From: Octopus vulgaris
Lineage: Eukaryota
Assembly (NCBI GenBank): GCA_951406725.2
Contig: OX597828.1
Span: 37,014,001-37,078,000 of the forward strand
Length of the DNA stretch: 64,000 nucleotides
Direction of reading: 5' to 3'
Shown in pieces: positions 1 to 14,300 of this stretch. Below the pieces are notes generated by a model. That model was not told the origin of the DNA. It saw only the letters and a list, made by a program, of their open reading frames with translations, and made no database searches. Every line of letters begins with the position of its first letter. Positions within the stretch are counted from its first letter, which is position 1. Both the position numbers and the translations under genes were made by a program.

Positions 1-2029
1 AAGCCAAATAGCCAAGCGAAAAAGCAAAGCCAAATAGCCAAGCAAAATTGCCAACCCAAATAGACTAGCCTAATAGCCAAGCCAAATAGCCAAGCCAAAT
101 GGCCAAGCCAAATAGCCAAGCCAAATAGCCAAGCTAAAAAGCGAAGCCAAATAGCTTGGCCTAATAGCCAACCCAAACAGTAAACACAAATAGCCAAGCC
201 AAATAGAGAAGCCAAATAGCAAAGCCAAATAGCAAACCAAAATAGCCAACCCAAATAGCAAATTCAAATAGCCAAGCCAAAAAGAACAGCCAAATAGCCT
301 AGCCAAAAAGCCAACCCAAATAGCAAAGAAAAATAGCCAACGCAAATAGCCAAGACAAATAGCCAAGCAAAATAGCCAACACAAATAGCCTAGCCAAATA
401 GCTAAGCGAAAGCTATAACCCAAATAGAAAACGCAAAAAGCCAAGCCAAATATTAAATTCAAATAGCCAAGCCAAATAGCCAAGCCAAATAGCTAAGCAA
501 AGTAGCCAAGCCAAATAGCTAACCTAAATAGCCTAGCCAAACAGCCAAGCCAAATAGCCAAGCCAAATAGCCAAGCCAAATAGCCAACCCAAACAGCCTA
601 GCCAAATAGCCAAGCCAAATAGCCGAGCCAAAAAGCCAAGCGAAATAGACAAGCCAAATAACCAACCCAAATAGCCTGGACTAATTGCCAAGCCAAATAG
701 CCAACCCAAACAGCAAACACAAATAGCCAACCCAACAAGACAAGTCAAATAGCCAAGCCAAATATCAAACCCAAATAGCCAACCCAAATAGCCTAGCCAA
801 ATAGCTAAGCCAAATATCCAACCCAAATAGAAAACCCAAATAGCCAACCGAAATAGCGATCCCAAACAGATAATCCAAATAGCCTAGCCAAATAGCCAAC
901 CCAAATAGCCTAGCCAAATAGCCAAGCCAAATAGCCGAGCCAAATAGCCAAGCTATATAGCCAAGCCAAGTAGCCAACCCAAATAGCCTGGCCTAATATC
1001 CATGCCAAATAGCCAACCGAAACAGCGAACACAAATAGCCAACCGAACAAGACAAGCCAAATAGCCAAGCAAAATAGCAAACTCAAATAGCCAACCCAAA
1101 TACCAAATTCGAATAGCCAAGCCAAAAAGCCAAGCCAAAAAGCCAAGCCAAATAGCCAAGCAAAAATCGCCAACCCAAAAAGCCAACACAAATAGCCTAG
1201 CCAAATAGCCAAGCCAAATTGCTAAGCCAAATAGCCAAGCCAAATAGCCAAGCCAAATAGCTAAGCCAAATAGCCAGGTCAAAAAGCAAAGCCAAATAGC
1301 CAAGCAAAATAGCCAACCCAAATAACCAACCCAAATAGCCTAGCCTAATAGCCAAGCCAAATAGCCAAGCCAAAGAGCCAAGCCAAAAAGCCAAGCGAAA
1401 AAGCCATGCCAAATAGCGAGGCCTAAAATCAAACCCAAATAGCCAACCCAAACAGTAAACACAAATAGCCAACCGAAATAGAGAAGCCAAAGAGCAAAGC
1501 TAAATAGCAAACCAAAATAGCCAACACAAATAGCAAATTCAAATAGCCAAGCCAAAGAGCCAAGCTAAAAAGAAAAGCCAAATAGCCTAGCCAAAAAGCC
1601 AAATAGCAAAGAAAAATAGCCAACACAAATAGCCAAGCCAAATAGCCAAGCCAAATAGCCAACCCAAATAGACTAAGCGAAATAGCTAAGCGAAATATAT
1701 AACCCAAAAAGCAAACCAAAAAAGCCAAGCCAAATATTAAGTTCAAATAGCCAAGCCAAATAGCCAAGCCTGATAGCCAAGCCAAGTAGTCATGCCAAAT
1801 AGCCAAACAAAATAGCCAACCCAAATATCCTAGCCAAATAGACAAGCCAAATAACCAAGCCAAATAGCCAAGCCAAATAGCCAACCCAAATAGCCTAGCC
1901 AAATAGCTAAGCCAAATATGCAACCAAAATAGCAAACCCAAATAGCCAACCCAAATAGCGATCCCAAACAGATAACCCAAATAGCCAAGACAAATCGAAA
2001 AGCCAAATCGCGGACCCAAATACCCAAGC

Positions 2030-2309
2030 AATTTGAGTTGGATATTTGGCTTGGCTATTTCGGTTGGCTATTTGGTTTTGCTATTTGGTTTGGCTACTTG
2101 ATTTGGCTATTTTGGTTGGCTTTTGTGTTTGCTATTTGTCTTCGCGAACCCGAATAGCGAACCCAAATGGCCAAACCAAATAGCCAAGCAATTGGAGTTG
2201 ACTTTTTGTCTTGGCTATATCGGTTGGCTATTTGGGTTTGCTATTTGGTATGGCTACATGGCTAGGCTATTTGCGCTGGATTTTTGGGTTTGCTATTTGG
2301 CTTCGCGAA
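2030..2309 (-). repeat. Double inverted cassette inside the satellite (two ~115-bp reverse-orientation blocks separated by ~45 bp of forward monomers)
   Basis: Switch to the T-rich strand at caagcAATTtgagtt (~2030) and back at TTCGCGAA (2141-2148); the pattern repeats from ~2190 to 2302-2309. Homologous cassettes at ~5228-5346, 7708-7827, 9938-10063, 19098-19378, 22219-22441, 24065-24347, 27376-27632 and 41697-41813. Confidence 0.9.
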
Positions 2310-5300
2310 GGTAAATTGCGAACAAAAATAGCCAACACAAATTGCCAGCCCAAATAGTCAAAACAAATAGTCAAAACAAGTCAAATAGCCAAAACAAAAA
2401 GCCTAACCAAATAGCCAAGCCAAATATCCAACCCAAATGGAAACCCAAAATGCCAAGCCAAATAGCAAATTCAAATAGCCAAGCCAAATAGCCAAGCCAA
2501 GTAGCCAAGCCAAATAGTCAACCCAAATAGCCAACCCAAATAGCCTAGCCAAATAGCCAAGCTAAATAGCCAAGCCAAATAGCCAATCCAAGTAGCCAAC
2601 CCAAATAGCCACGACAAATAGTCAAGCCAAATAGCCGAGCCAAATGGGCAAGCCAAATAGCCAAGCCAAATAGCCAACCCAAATAGCCTGGCTTTAAAGC
2701 CAAGCCAAATGGACAACCTAAACAGCAAACACAAATAGCCAACCCAAAAAGAAAAGCGAAATAGCCAAGCCAAATAGCAAAGCCAAATAGCCAACCCAAA
2801 AACCAAATTCAAATAGCCAAGCCAAATAGCCAAACCAAAAAGCAAAGACAAATAGCCAAGCAAAAAAGCTAACCCAAATAGCAAACCCAAATAGCCTAGT
2901 CTAATAGCCAAGCCAAATAGCCAAGCCAAATAGCCAAGCCAAATAGCCAAGCCAAATAGCCACGCCAAAAAGCCAAGCCAAAAAGCCAAGCCAAATAGCC
3001 TGGCCTAATAGCGAACACAAATAGCCAACCCAAACAGTAAACAGAAATAGCAAACCCAAATAGAGAAGCCAAATAGCAAAGCCAATTAGCAAACCAAAAT
3101 AGTCAACCCAAATAGCAAATTCAAATAGCTAAGCCAAATAGCCATGCCAAAAAGAAAAGCCAAATAGCCTAGCCAAAAAGCCAACCCAAACGGGAAAGGA
3201 AAATAGCAAACACAAAGAGCCAAGCAAAGTAGCAAAGCCAAATAGCCAAACCAAATAGCCTAGCCAAATAGCTAAGCCAAATATATAACCCAAATAGCAA
3301 ACCCAAAAAGCCAAGCCAAATATTAAATTCAAATAGCTAAGCCAAAGAGCCAAGCCAAATAGCTAAGCCAAGTAGCCAAGCCAAAAAGCCAAGCCAAATA
3401 GCCAACCCAAATAGCCAACCCAAAAAGCCTAGCCAAATAGCCAAGCCAAATTGCCATGCGACATAGCCAAGCCAAATAGCCTACCCAAATAGCTTACCAA
3501 AATAGCTAAGCCAAATATCCAACACAAATAGCAAACCCAAATAGCCAACCCAAATAGCCAATAGCCAACCCAACCAGCAAACACAATTAGCCAACCAAAC
3601 AAGACAAGCCAAATAGCCTAGCCAAATAGCAAACCCAAATAGCCAACCCAAATACCGAATTCAAATAGCCAAGCCACAAAGCTAAGCCAAAAAGCCAAGA
3701 CAAATAGCCAAGTAAAATAGCCAACCCAAATAGCCAACCCAAATAGACTAGCCAAATAGCCAACCCAAATAGACTAGCCTAATAGCCAAGCCAAATAGCC
3801 AAGCCAAATGGCCAAGCCAAGTGGCCAAGCCAAATAGCCAAGACACATAGCCAAGCTAAAAAGCGAAGCCAAATAGCTTGGCCTAATAGCCAACCCAAAC
3901 AGTAAACACAAATAGCCAACCCAAATAGAGAAACCAAATAGCCAACCCAAACAACAAACACAAATAGCCAAGCAAAATAGCCAAGCCAAATAGGCAAGCC
4001 AAATAGCCAAGCCAAATAGCCAACCCAAATAGCCTGGCCTAAAAGCAAAGCCAAATAGCCAACCCAAACAGCAAACACAAATAGCCTACCCAACAAGACA
4101 AGCCAAAAAGCCAAGCACAAAAGCAAACCCAAATAGCCAACCCAAATACTAAATTCGAATAGCGAAGCCAAATAGCCAAGCCAAAAACCCAAGCCAAATA
4201 GCCAAGCAAAATAGCCAACCCAAATAGCCAACCCAAATAGCCTAGCCAAATAGCCAAGCCAAATTGCCAAGCCAAATAGCCAAGCCAAATAGCCAAGCCA
4301 AAAAGCAAAGCCAAATAGCCAAGCAAAATAGCCAACCCAAATAGACTAGCCTAATAGCCAAGCCAAATAGCCAAGCCAAATGGCCAAGCCAAATAGCCAA
4401 GCCACATAGCCAAGCAAAAAAGCGAAGCCAAATAGCTTGGCCTAATAGCCAACCCAAACAGTAAACACAAATAGCCAACCCAAATAGAGAAGCCAAATAG
4501 CAAAGCCAAATAGCAAACCAAATAGCCAACCCAAATAGCAAATTCAAATAGCCAAGCCAAAAAGAACAGCCAAATAGCCTAGCCAAAAAGCCAACCCAAA
4601 TAGCAAAGAAAAAATAGCCAACGCAAATAGCCAAGACAAATAGCCAAGCCAAAAATAGCCAACACAAATAGCCTAGCCAAATAGCTAAGCGAAAGCTATA
4701 ACCCAAATAGCCAACCCAAATAGCCAAGCCAAATATTAAATTCAAATAGCCAAGCCAAATAGCCAAGCCAAATAGCCAACCCAAATAGCCAAGCCAAATA
4801 GCTAACCTAAATAGCCTAGCCAAACAGCCAAGCCAAATAGCCAAACCAAATAGCCAAGCCAACCCAAACAGCCTAGCCAAATAGCCAAGCCAAATAGCCG
4901 AGCCAAAAAGCCAAGCGAAATAGACAAGCCAAATAACCAACCCAAATAGCCTGGACTAATTGCCAAGCCAAATAGCCAACCCAAACAGCAAACACAAATA
5001 GCCAACCCAACAAGACAAGTCAAATAGCCAAGCCAAATATCAAACCCAAATAGCCAACCCAAATAGCCTAGCCAAATAGCTAAGCCAAATATCCAACCCA
5101 AATAGAAAACCCAAATAGCCAACCGAAATAGCGATCCCAAACAGATAATCCAAATAGCCAAGACAAATAGCTAAGCGAAATAGCGGACCCAAATAGCGAA
5201 CCCAAATAGCCAAACCAAATACCCAAGCAATTTGAGTTGGCTTTTTGGCTCGGCTATTTCGGTTTATTTGGGTTTGCTATTTGGTTTAGCTACTTGGCTA

Positions 5301-8300
5301 GGGTATTTGGGTTTCACTTTTTGGGTTTGCTATTTGGTTTCGTGAACAAAATTGCGAACAAAAATAGTCAACACAAATAGCCATCCCAAATAGCCAAGCC
5401 AAAAAGCCAAGCCAAAAAGCCAAGGCAAATAGCCTGGCCTAATAACGAACACAAATAGCCAACCCAAACAGTAAACACAAATAGCAAACCCAAATAGAGA
5501 AGCCAAATAGCAAAGCCAATTAGCAAACCAAAATAGTCAACCCAAATAGCAAATTCAAATAGCCGAGCCAAATAGCCAAGCCAAATAGAAAAGCCAAATA
5601 GCCTAGCCAAAAAGCCAACCCAAACGGCAATGGAAAATAGCAAACACAAAGAGCCAAGCCAAATAGCCAAGCCAAAGAGCCAAACAAAATAGCCCAGCCA
5701 AATAGCTCAGCCAAATATATACCCCAAATAGCAAACCCAAAAAGCCAAGCCAAATATTAAATTCAAATAGCTAAGCCAAATAGCGAACCCAAATAGCTAA
5801 GCCAAGTAGCCAAACCAAATAGCCAACCCAAATAGCTAACCCAAATAGCCAACCCAAATAGCCTAGCCAAATAGCCAAGCCAAATTGCCAAGCCAAATAG
5901 ACAAGCCAAATAGCCTACCCAAATAGCTTACAAAAATAGCTAAGCCAAATATCCAACACAAATAGCAAACCTAAATAGCCAACCCAAATAGCCAACCCAA
6001 CCAGCAAACACAAATAGCCAACCAAACAAGACAAGCCAAATAGCCAAGCCAAATAGCAAACCCAAATACCGAATTCAAATAGCCAAGCCAAAAAGCCAAG
6101 TCAAATAGCCAAGCAAAATAGCCAACCCAAATAGACTAGCCAAATAGCCAAGCCAAATTGCCAAGCCAAAAAGCCAAGCCAAATAGCCAAGCCAAATAGC
6201 CAAGAAAAATAGCCAAGCGAAAAAGCAAAGCCAAATAGCAAAGCAAAATTGCCAACCCAAATAGACTAGCCTTATAGCCAAGCGAAATAGTCAAGCCAAA
6301 TGGCCAAGCCAAAGAGCCAAGCCAAAGAGCCAAGCTAAAAAGCGAAGCCAAATAGCTTGGCCTAATAGCCAACCCAAACAGTAAACACAAATAGCCAACC
6401 CAAATAGAGAAACCAAATAGCCAACCCAAACAACAAACACAAATAGCCAAGCCAAATAGCCAAGCCAAATAGCCAAGCCAAATAGCCAACCCAAATAGCC
6501 AACCCAAATAGCCTGGCCAAATAGCCAAGCCAAATAGCCAACACAAACAGCAAACACAAATAGCCTACCCAACAAGACAAGCCAAAAAGCCAAGCACAAA
6601 AGCAAACCCAAATAGCCAACCCAAATACTAAATTCGAATAGCGAAGCCAAATAGCCAAGCCAAAAACCTAAGCCAAATAGCCAAGCAAAATAGCCAACCC
6701 AAATAGCTAACCCAAATAGCCTAGCCAAATAGCCAAGCCAAATTGCCAAGCAAATTAGCCAAGCCAAATAGCCAAGCCAAATAGCCAAGCGAAAAATCAA
6801 AGCCAAATAGCCAAGCAAAATTGCCAACCCAAATAGACTAGCCTAATAGCCAAGCCAAATAGCCAAGCCAAATAGCCAAGCCAAATAGCCAACCGAAATA
6901 GCCGAGCCAAAAAGCTAAATAGCGAAGCCAAATAGCTTGGCCTAATAGCCAACCCAAACAGTAAACACAAATAGCCAACCCAAATAGAGAAGCAAAATAG
7001 CAAAGCCAAATAGCAAACCAAAATAGCCAACCCAAATAGCAAATTCAAATAGCCAGCCAAAAAGAATAGCCAAATAGCCTAGCCAAAAAGCCAACCCAAA
7101 TAGCAAAGAAAAATAGCCAACGCAAATAGCCAAGACAAATAGCCAAGCAAAATAGCCAACCCAAATAGCCTAGCCAAATAGCTAAGCGAAAGCTATAACC
7201 CAAATAGCAAACGCGAAAAGCCAAGCCAAATATTAAATTCAAATAGCCAAGCCAAATATCCAAGCCGAATAGCTAAGCAAAGTAGCCAAGCCAAATAGCT
7301 AACCTAAATAGCCTAGCCAAACAGCTAAGCCAAATAGCCAAGCCAAATAGCCAACCCAAACAGCCTAGCCAAATAGCCAAGCCAAATAGCCGAGCCAAAA
7401 AGCCTAGCCAAATAGCCAAGCCAAATAGCCGAGCCAAAAAGCCAAGCGAAATAGACAAGCCAAATAACCAACCCAAATAGCCTGGACTAATTGCCAAGCC
7501 AAATAGCCAACCCAAACAGCAAACAGAAATAGCCAACCCATCAAGACAAGTCAAATAGCCAAGCCAAATATCAAACCCAAATAGAAAACCCAAATAGCCA
7601 ACCGAAATAGCGATCCCAAACAGATAATCCAAATAGCCAAGACAAATAGCTAAGCGAAATAGCGGACCCAAATAGTGAACCCAAATAGCGAAACCAAATA
7701 CCCAAGCAATTTGAGTTGGCTTTTTGGCTCGGCTATTTCGGTTGGCTATTTGGGTTTGCTATTTGGTTTAGCTACTTGGCTAGGGTATTTGGGTTGGCTT
7801 TTTGGGTTTGCTATTTGGTTTCGCGAACAAAATTGCGAACAAAAATAGTCAACACAAATAGCCATCCCAAATAGCCAAGCCAAAAAGCCAAGCCAAAAAG
7901 CCAAGGCAAATAGCCTGGCCTAATAACGAACACAAATAGCCAACCCAAACAGTAAACACAAATAGCAAACCCAAATAGAGAAGCCAAATAGCAAAGCCAA
8001 TTAGCAAACCAAAATAGTCAACCCAAATAGCAAATTCAAATAGCCAAGCCAAATAGCCATGCCAAAAAGAAAAGCCAAATAGCCTAGCCAAAAAGCCAAC
8101 CCAAACGGCAATGGAAAATAGCAAACACAAAGAGCCAAGCCAAATAGCCAAGCCAAAGAGCCAAACCAAATAGCCCAGCCAAATAGCTAAGCCAAATATA
8201 TAACCCAAATAGCAAACCCAAAAAGCCAAGCCAAATAGCCAAATAGCCAACCCAACCAGCAAACACAAATAGCCAACCAAACAAGACAAGCCAAATAGCC

Positions 8301-11300
8301 AAGCCAAATAGCAAACCCAAATAGCCAACCCAAATACCGAATTCAAATAGCCAAGCCAAAAAGCCAAGACAAATAGCCAAGCAAAATAGCCAACCAAAAT
8401 AGCCTAGCCAAATAGCCAAGCCAAATTGCCAAGCCAAATAGCCAAGCCAAATAGCCAAGCCAAATAGCCAAGCGAAAAAGCAAAGCCAAATAGCAAAGCA
8501 AAATTGCCAACCCAAATAGACTAGCCTTATAGCCAAGCGAAATAGCCAAGCCAAATGGCCAAGCCAAAGAGCCAAGCCAAAGAGCCAAGCTAAAAAGCGA
8601 AGCCAAATAGCTTGGCCTAATAGCCAACCCAAACAGTAAACACAAATAGCCAACCCAAATAGAGAAACCAAATATAGCCAAACCCAAACACAAATAGCCA
8701 ACACAAATAGCCAAGCCAAATAGCCAAGCCAAATAGCCAAGCCAAATAGCCAACCCAAATAGCCTGGCCTAAAAGCCAAGCCAAATAGCCAACACAAACA
8801 GCAAACACAAATAGCCTACCCAACAAGACAAGCCAAAAAGCCAAGCACAAAAGCAAACGCAAATAGCCAACCCAAATACTAAATTCGAATAGCGAAGCCA
8901 AATAGCCAAGCCAAAAACCCAAGCCAAATAGCCAAGCAAAATAGCCAACCCAAATAGCCAACCCAAATAGCCAAGCCAAAAAGCCAAGCCAAATTGCCAA
9001 GCCAAATAGCCAAGCCAAATAGCCAAGCCAAATAGACAAGCAAAAAAGCAAAGCCAAATAGCCAAGCAAAATTGCCAACCCAAATAGACTAGCCTAATAG
9101 CCAAGCCAAATAGCCAAGCCAAATGGCCAAGCCAAATAGCCAAACCACATAGCCAAGCTAAAAAGCGAAGCCAAATAGCTTGGCCTAATAGCCAACCCAA
9201 ACAGTAAACACAAATAGCCAACCCAAATAGAGAAGCCAAATAGCAAAGCCAAATAGCAAACCAAAATAGCCAACCCAAATAGCAAATTCAAATAGCCAAG
9301 CCAAAAATAACAGCCAAATAGCCTAGCCAAAAAGCCAACCCAAATAGCAAAGAAAAATAGCCAACGCAAATAGCCAAGCCAAATAGCCAAGCAAAATAGC
9401 CAACCCAAATAGCCTAGCCAAATAGCTAAGCGAAAGCTATAACCCAAATAGCAAACCCAAAAAGCCAAGCCAAATATTAAATTCAAATAGCCAAGCCAAA
9501 TAGCCAAGCCAAATAGCTAAGCAAAGTAGCCAAGCCAAATAGCTAACCTAAATAGCCTAGCCAAACAGCCAAGCCAAATAGCCAAGCCAAATAGCCAAGC
9601 CAAATAGCCAACCCAAACAGCCTAGCCAAATAGCCAAGCCAAATAGCCGAGCCAAAAAACCAAGCGAAATAGAAAAGCCAAATAACCAACCCAAATAGCC
9701 TGGCCTAATTGCCAAGACAAATAGCCAACCCAAACAGCAAACACAAATAGCCAACCCAACAAGACAAGCCAAATAGCCAAGCCAAATAGCTAAGCCAAAT
9801 ATCCAACCAAAATAGAAAACCCAAACAGCCAACCGAAATAGCTATCCCAAACAGATAAACCAAATAGCCAAGAGAAATAGCTAAGCGAAATAGCGGACCC
9901 AAATAGCGAACCCAAATAGCCAAACCAAATACCCAAGCAATTTGAGTTGGCTTTTGGCTCATTATTTCGGTTGGCTATTTGCATTATTTGGTTTGCTATT
10001 TGGTTTAGCTACTTGGCTAGGCATTTTGGTTGGCTTTTTGGGTTTGCTATTTGGTTTCCCGAACAAAATTGCGAACAAAAATAGCCAACACAAATAGCCA
10101 GCCCAAATAGCCAAGTCAGATAGCCAAACCAAAAAGCCTAGCAAAATACCTAAGCCAAATATCCAACCCAAATAGCAAACCCAAAATGCCAAGCCAAATA
10201 GCAAATTCAAATAGCCAAGCCAAATAGCCAAGCCAGATAGCGAAGCCAAGTAATCAAGCCAAATAGTCAACACAAATAGGCAACCCAAGTAGCCTAGCCA
10301 AATAGCCAAGCTAAATAGTCAAGCCAAAAAGCAAAGCCAAATAGCCAAGAAAAATAGCCAACCCATATAGCCTAGCCTAATAGCCAAGTAAAATAGCCAA
10401 GCCAAAAAGCCAAGCCAAAATGCCAAGCCAAATAGACTGGCCTACTAGTGAACCCAAATAGCCAACCCAAACAGTAAACACAAATAGCCAACCCAAATAG
10501 AGAAGCCAAATAGCAAAGCCATATAGCAAACCAAAATAGCCAAACCAAATAGCAAATTCAAATAGCCAAGCCAAAAAGAAAAACCAAATAGCCTAGCCAA
10601 AAAGCAAACCCAAATAGCAAAGCAAAATAGCCAACACAAATAGCCAAGCCAAATAGCCAACCCAAATAGCCAAGCCAAATAGCCTAGCCAAATAGCTAAG
10701 CCAAATATATAACCCAAATAGCAAACCCAAAAAGCCAAGCCAAATATTAAATTCATATAGGCAAGCCAAATAGCCAAGCCAAATAGGTAAGCCAAGTAGC
10801 CAAGCCAAATAGCCAACCCAAATAGCCAACCCAAATAAACTAGCCAAATAGCCAAGGCAAATAGCCAAGCCAAATAGCCAACCCAAAGAGCCTAGCCAAA
10901 TAGCGAAGCCAAATAGGTAAGCCATGTAGCCAAGCCAAATAGCCAACCCAAATAGACTAGCCAAATAGCCAAGCCAAATAGCCGAGCCAAATAGCGAAGC
11001 CAAATGGCTAACCCAAATAGCCAACCCAAATAGCCTGGGCTAATAGCCAAGCCAAATAGCCAACCCAAACAGCAAACACAAATAGCCAACCCAACAAGAC
11101 AAGCCAAATAGCCAAACCAAATAGCAAACCCAAATAGCCAACCCAAGTACCAAATTCGAATAGCCAAGCCAAAGAGCCAAGCCAAAAAGCCAAGCCAAAA
11201 AGCCAAGCCAAAAAGCCAAGCAAAATAGCCAACCCAAATAGCCAACCCAAATTTGCCTAGCCAAATAGCCAGCCAAATTGCCAAGCCAAATAGCCAAGCA

Positions 11301-14300
11301 AAATAGCCAAACCAAATAGCCAAGCCAAAAAGCAAACCAAATAGCCAAGCAAAATAGCCAACCCAAATAGCCAACCCAAAAAGCCTAGCCTAATAGCCAA
11401 GTCAAATAGCCAAGCCAAATAGCCAAGCCAAATAGCCAATCCAAAAAGCCAAGTCAGAAAGCCAAGCCAAATAGAGTGGCCTAATAGCGAACCCAAATAG
11501 CCAACCCAAACAGTAAACACAAATAGCCAACCCAAATAGAGAAGCCAAATAGCAAAGCCAAATAGCAAACCAAAATAGCCAACCCAAATAGCAAATTCAA
11601 ATAGCCAAGCCAAATAGAAAAGCCAAATAGCGTAGCCAAAAAGCAAACCCAAAAAGCAAAGAAAAATAGCCAACACAAATAGCCAGGCCAAATAGCCAAC
11701 CCAAATAGCCAAGCCAAATAGCCTAGCAAAATAGCTAAGCCAAATATATAACCCAAATAGCAAACCCAAAATGCCAAGCCAAATATTAAATTCAAATAGG
11801 CAAGCCAAATAGCCAAGCCAAATAGGTAAGTGAAGTAGCCAAGCCAAATAGCCAACCCAAATAGCAAACCCAAATAAACTAGCCAAATAGCCAAGCCAAA
11901 TAGCCAACCCAAATAGCCAATCCAAATAGCCCAGCCAAAAAGCCAAGCCAAGTAGCCAAGCCAAATAGTCGAGCCAAATATCCAAGCCAAATAGCCAACC
12001 CAAATAGCCAACCCAAATAGCCTGGGCTAATAGCCAAGCCAAAAAGCCAACCCAAACAGCAAACACAAATAGCCAACCCAACAAGACAAGCCAAATAGCC
12101 AAGCCAAATAGCAAACCCAAAAAGCCAACCCAAATTTGCCTAGCCAAATAGCCAGCGAAATTGCCAAGCCAAATAGCCAATCCAAATAGCCAAACCAAAT
12201 AGCCAAGTCAAAAAGCCAAGCCAAATAGACTGGCCTAATAGCGAACCCAAATAGACAATCAAAGAGTAAACACAAATAGTCAACCCAAATAGAGAACCCA
12301 AATAGCAAAGCCAAATAGTAAACCAAAATAGCCAACCCAAATAGCAAAATCAAATAGCCAAGCCAAATAACCAAGCCAAAAAGAAAAGCCAAATAGCCTA
12401 GTCAAAAAGCCAACCGAAAGAGCAAAGAAAAATAGCCAACACAAATAGCCAAGCCAAATAGTCAAGCCAAATAGCCAACCCAAATAGGCTAGCCAAATAG
12501 CTAAGCCAAATATATAACCAAAATAGCAAACCCAAATAGCCAACCCAAATACCAAATTAGAATAGCCAAGCCAAATAACCAAGCCAAATAGCCAAGCCAA
12601 ATTGCCAATCAAAATTTTGAAGCCAAATAGCCAAGCCAAAAAGCAAAGCCAAATAGCCAAGCAAAAAAGCCAACCCAATTAGCCTACCCAAATAGCCTAG
12701 CCTAATAGCCAAGCCAAAAAGGCAAGCCAAATAGCCAAGCCAAAAAGAAAAGCCAAATAGCCTAGCCAAAAAGCCAACCCAAATAGCAAAGAAAAATTAG
12801 CCAACACAAATAGCCAAGCCAAATAGCCAATCGAAATAGCCAACCCAAATAGCCTAGCCAAATAGCTAAGCCAAATATATTCAAATAGCCAAGCCAAACA
12901 GCCAAGCCAAATAGCTAAGCCAAGAAGCGAAGCCAAATAGCTACCCAAATAGCCAACACAAATAGCCAGCCCAAATAGCCAAGTCAAATAGCCAAACCAA
13001 AAAGCCTAGCCAAATAGCTAAGCCAAATATCCAACCCAAATAGCAAACCCAAAATGCCAAGCCAAATAGCAAATTCAAAGAGCCAATCCAAATAGCCTAG
13101 CCAAATAGCCAAGCCAAATAGCCGAGCCAAAGAGCCTTGTCAAATAGCAAAGCCAAATAGCCAACCCAAACAGCAACCACAAATAGCCAACCCAACAAGA
13201 CAAGCCAAATAGCCAAGCCAAATAGCAAACCCAAATAGCCAACCCAAATACCAAATTCGAATAGCCAAGCCAAATAGCCAAGCCAAAAAGCCAAGCCAAA
13301 TAGCCAGCCCAAATAGCCTAGCCAAATAGCCAAGCTAAATAGCCAAGACAAAAAGTAAAGCCAAATAGCCAAGAAAAATAGCCAACCCAAATAGCCTAGC
13401 CTAATAGCCAAGCCAAATAGAGAAGCCAAATAGCCAAGCCAAATAGCCAAACCAAACAGCCAAGCCAAAAAGCCAAGCCAAAAAGCCACGCCAAATAGAC
13501 TGGCCTAATAGCGAACCCAAATAGCCAACCCAAACAGTAAACACAAATAGCCAACCCGAATAGAGAAGCCAAATAGCAAAGCCAAATAGCAAACCAAAAT
13601 AGCCATCCCAAATACCAAATTCAAAAGCCAAGCCAAAGAGAAAAGCCAAATAGCCTAGCCAAAAAGCAAACCCAAATAGCAAAGAAAAATTGCCAACCCA
13701 AATAGCCAAGCCAAATAGCCAACCCAAATAGCCAAGCCAAAAAGCCTAGCCAAATAGCTAAGCCAAATATATAACCCAAATAGCAAACCCAAAAAGCAAA
13801 GCCAAATATTAAATTCAAATAGACAAGCCAAATAAACAAGCCGAATAGGTAAGCCAAGTAGCCAAGCCAAATAGCCAACCCAAATAGCCAACCCAAATAA
13901 ACTAGCCAAATAGCCAAGCCAAATAGCCAACCCAAATAGCCTAGCCAAAAAGCCTAGCCAAATAGCAGAGCGAAATAGCCAAGCCAAATAGCCAAACCAA
14001 ATACCCAACCCAAATAGCCTGGGCTAATAGCCAAGCCAAATAGCCAACCCAAACAGCAAACACAAATAGCCAACCCAACAAGACAAGCCAAATAGCGAAG
14101 CCAAATAGAAAACCCAAATAGCCAACCCAAATACAAATTCGAATAGCCAAGCCAAATAGCCAAGCCAAATTGCAAAGCCAAATAGCCAAGCCAAATACTC
14201 ATGACAAATAGCCAAGCCAAATAGCCAAGCCAAAAAGCAAAGCCAAATAGCCAAGCAAAAAAGCCAACCCAAATAGCCAACCCAAAAAGCCTAGCCTAAT

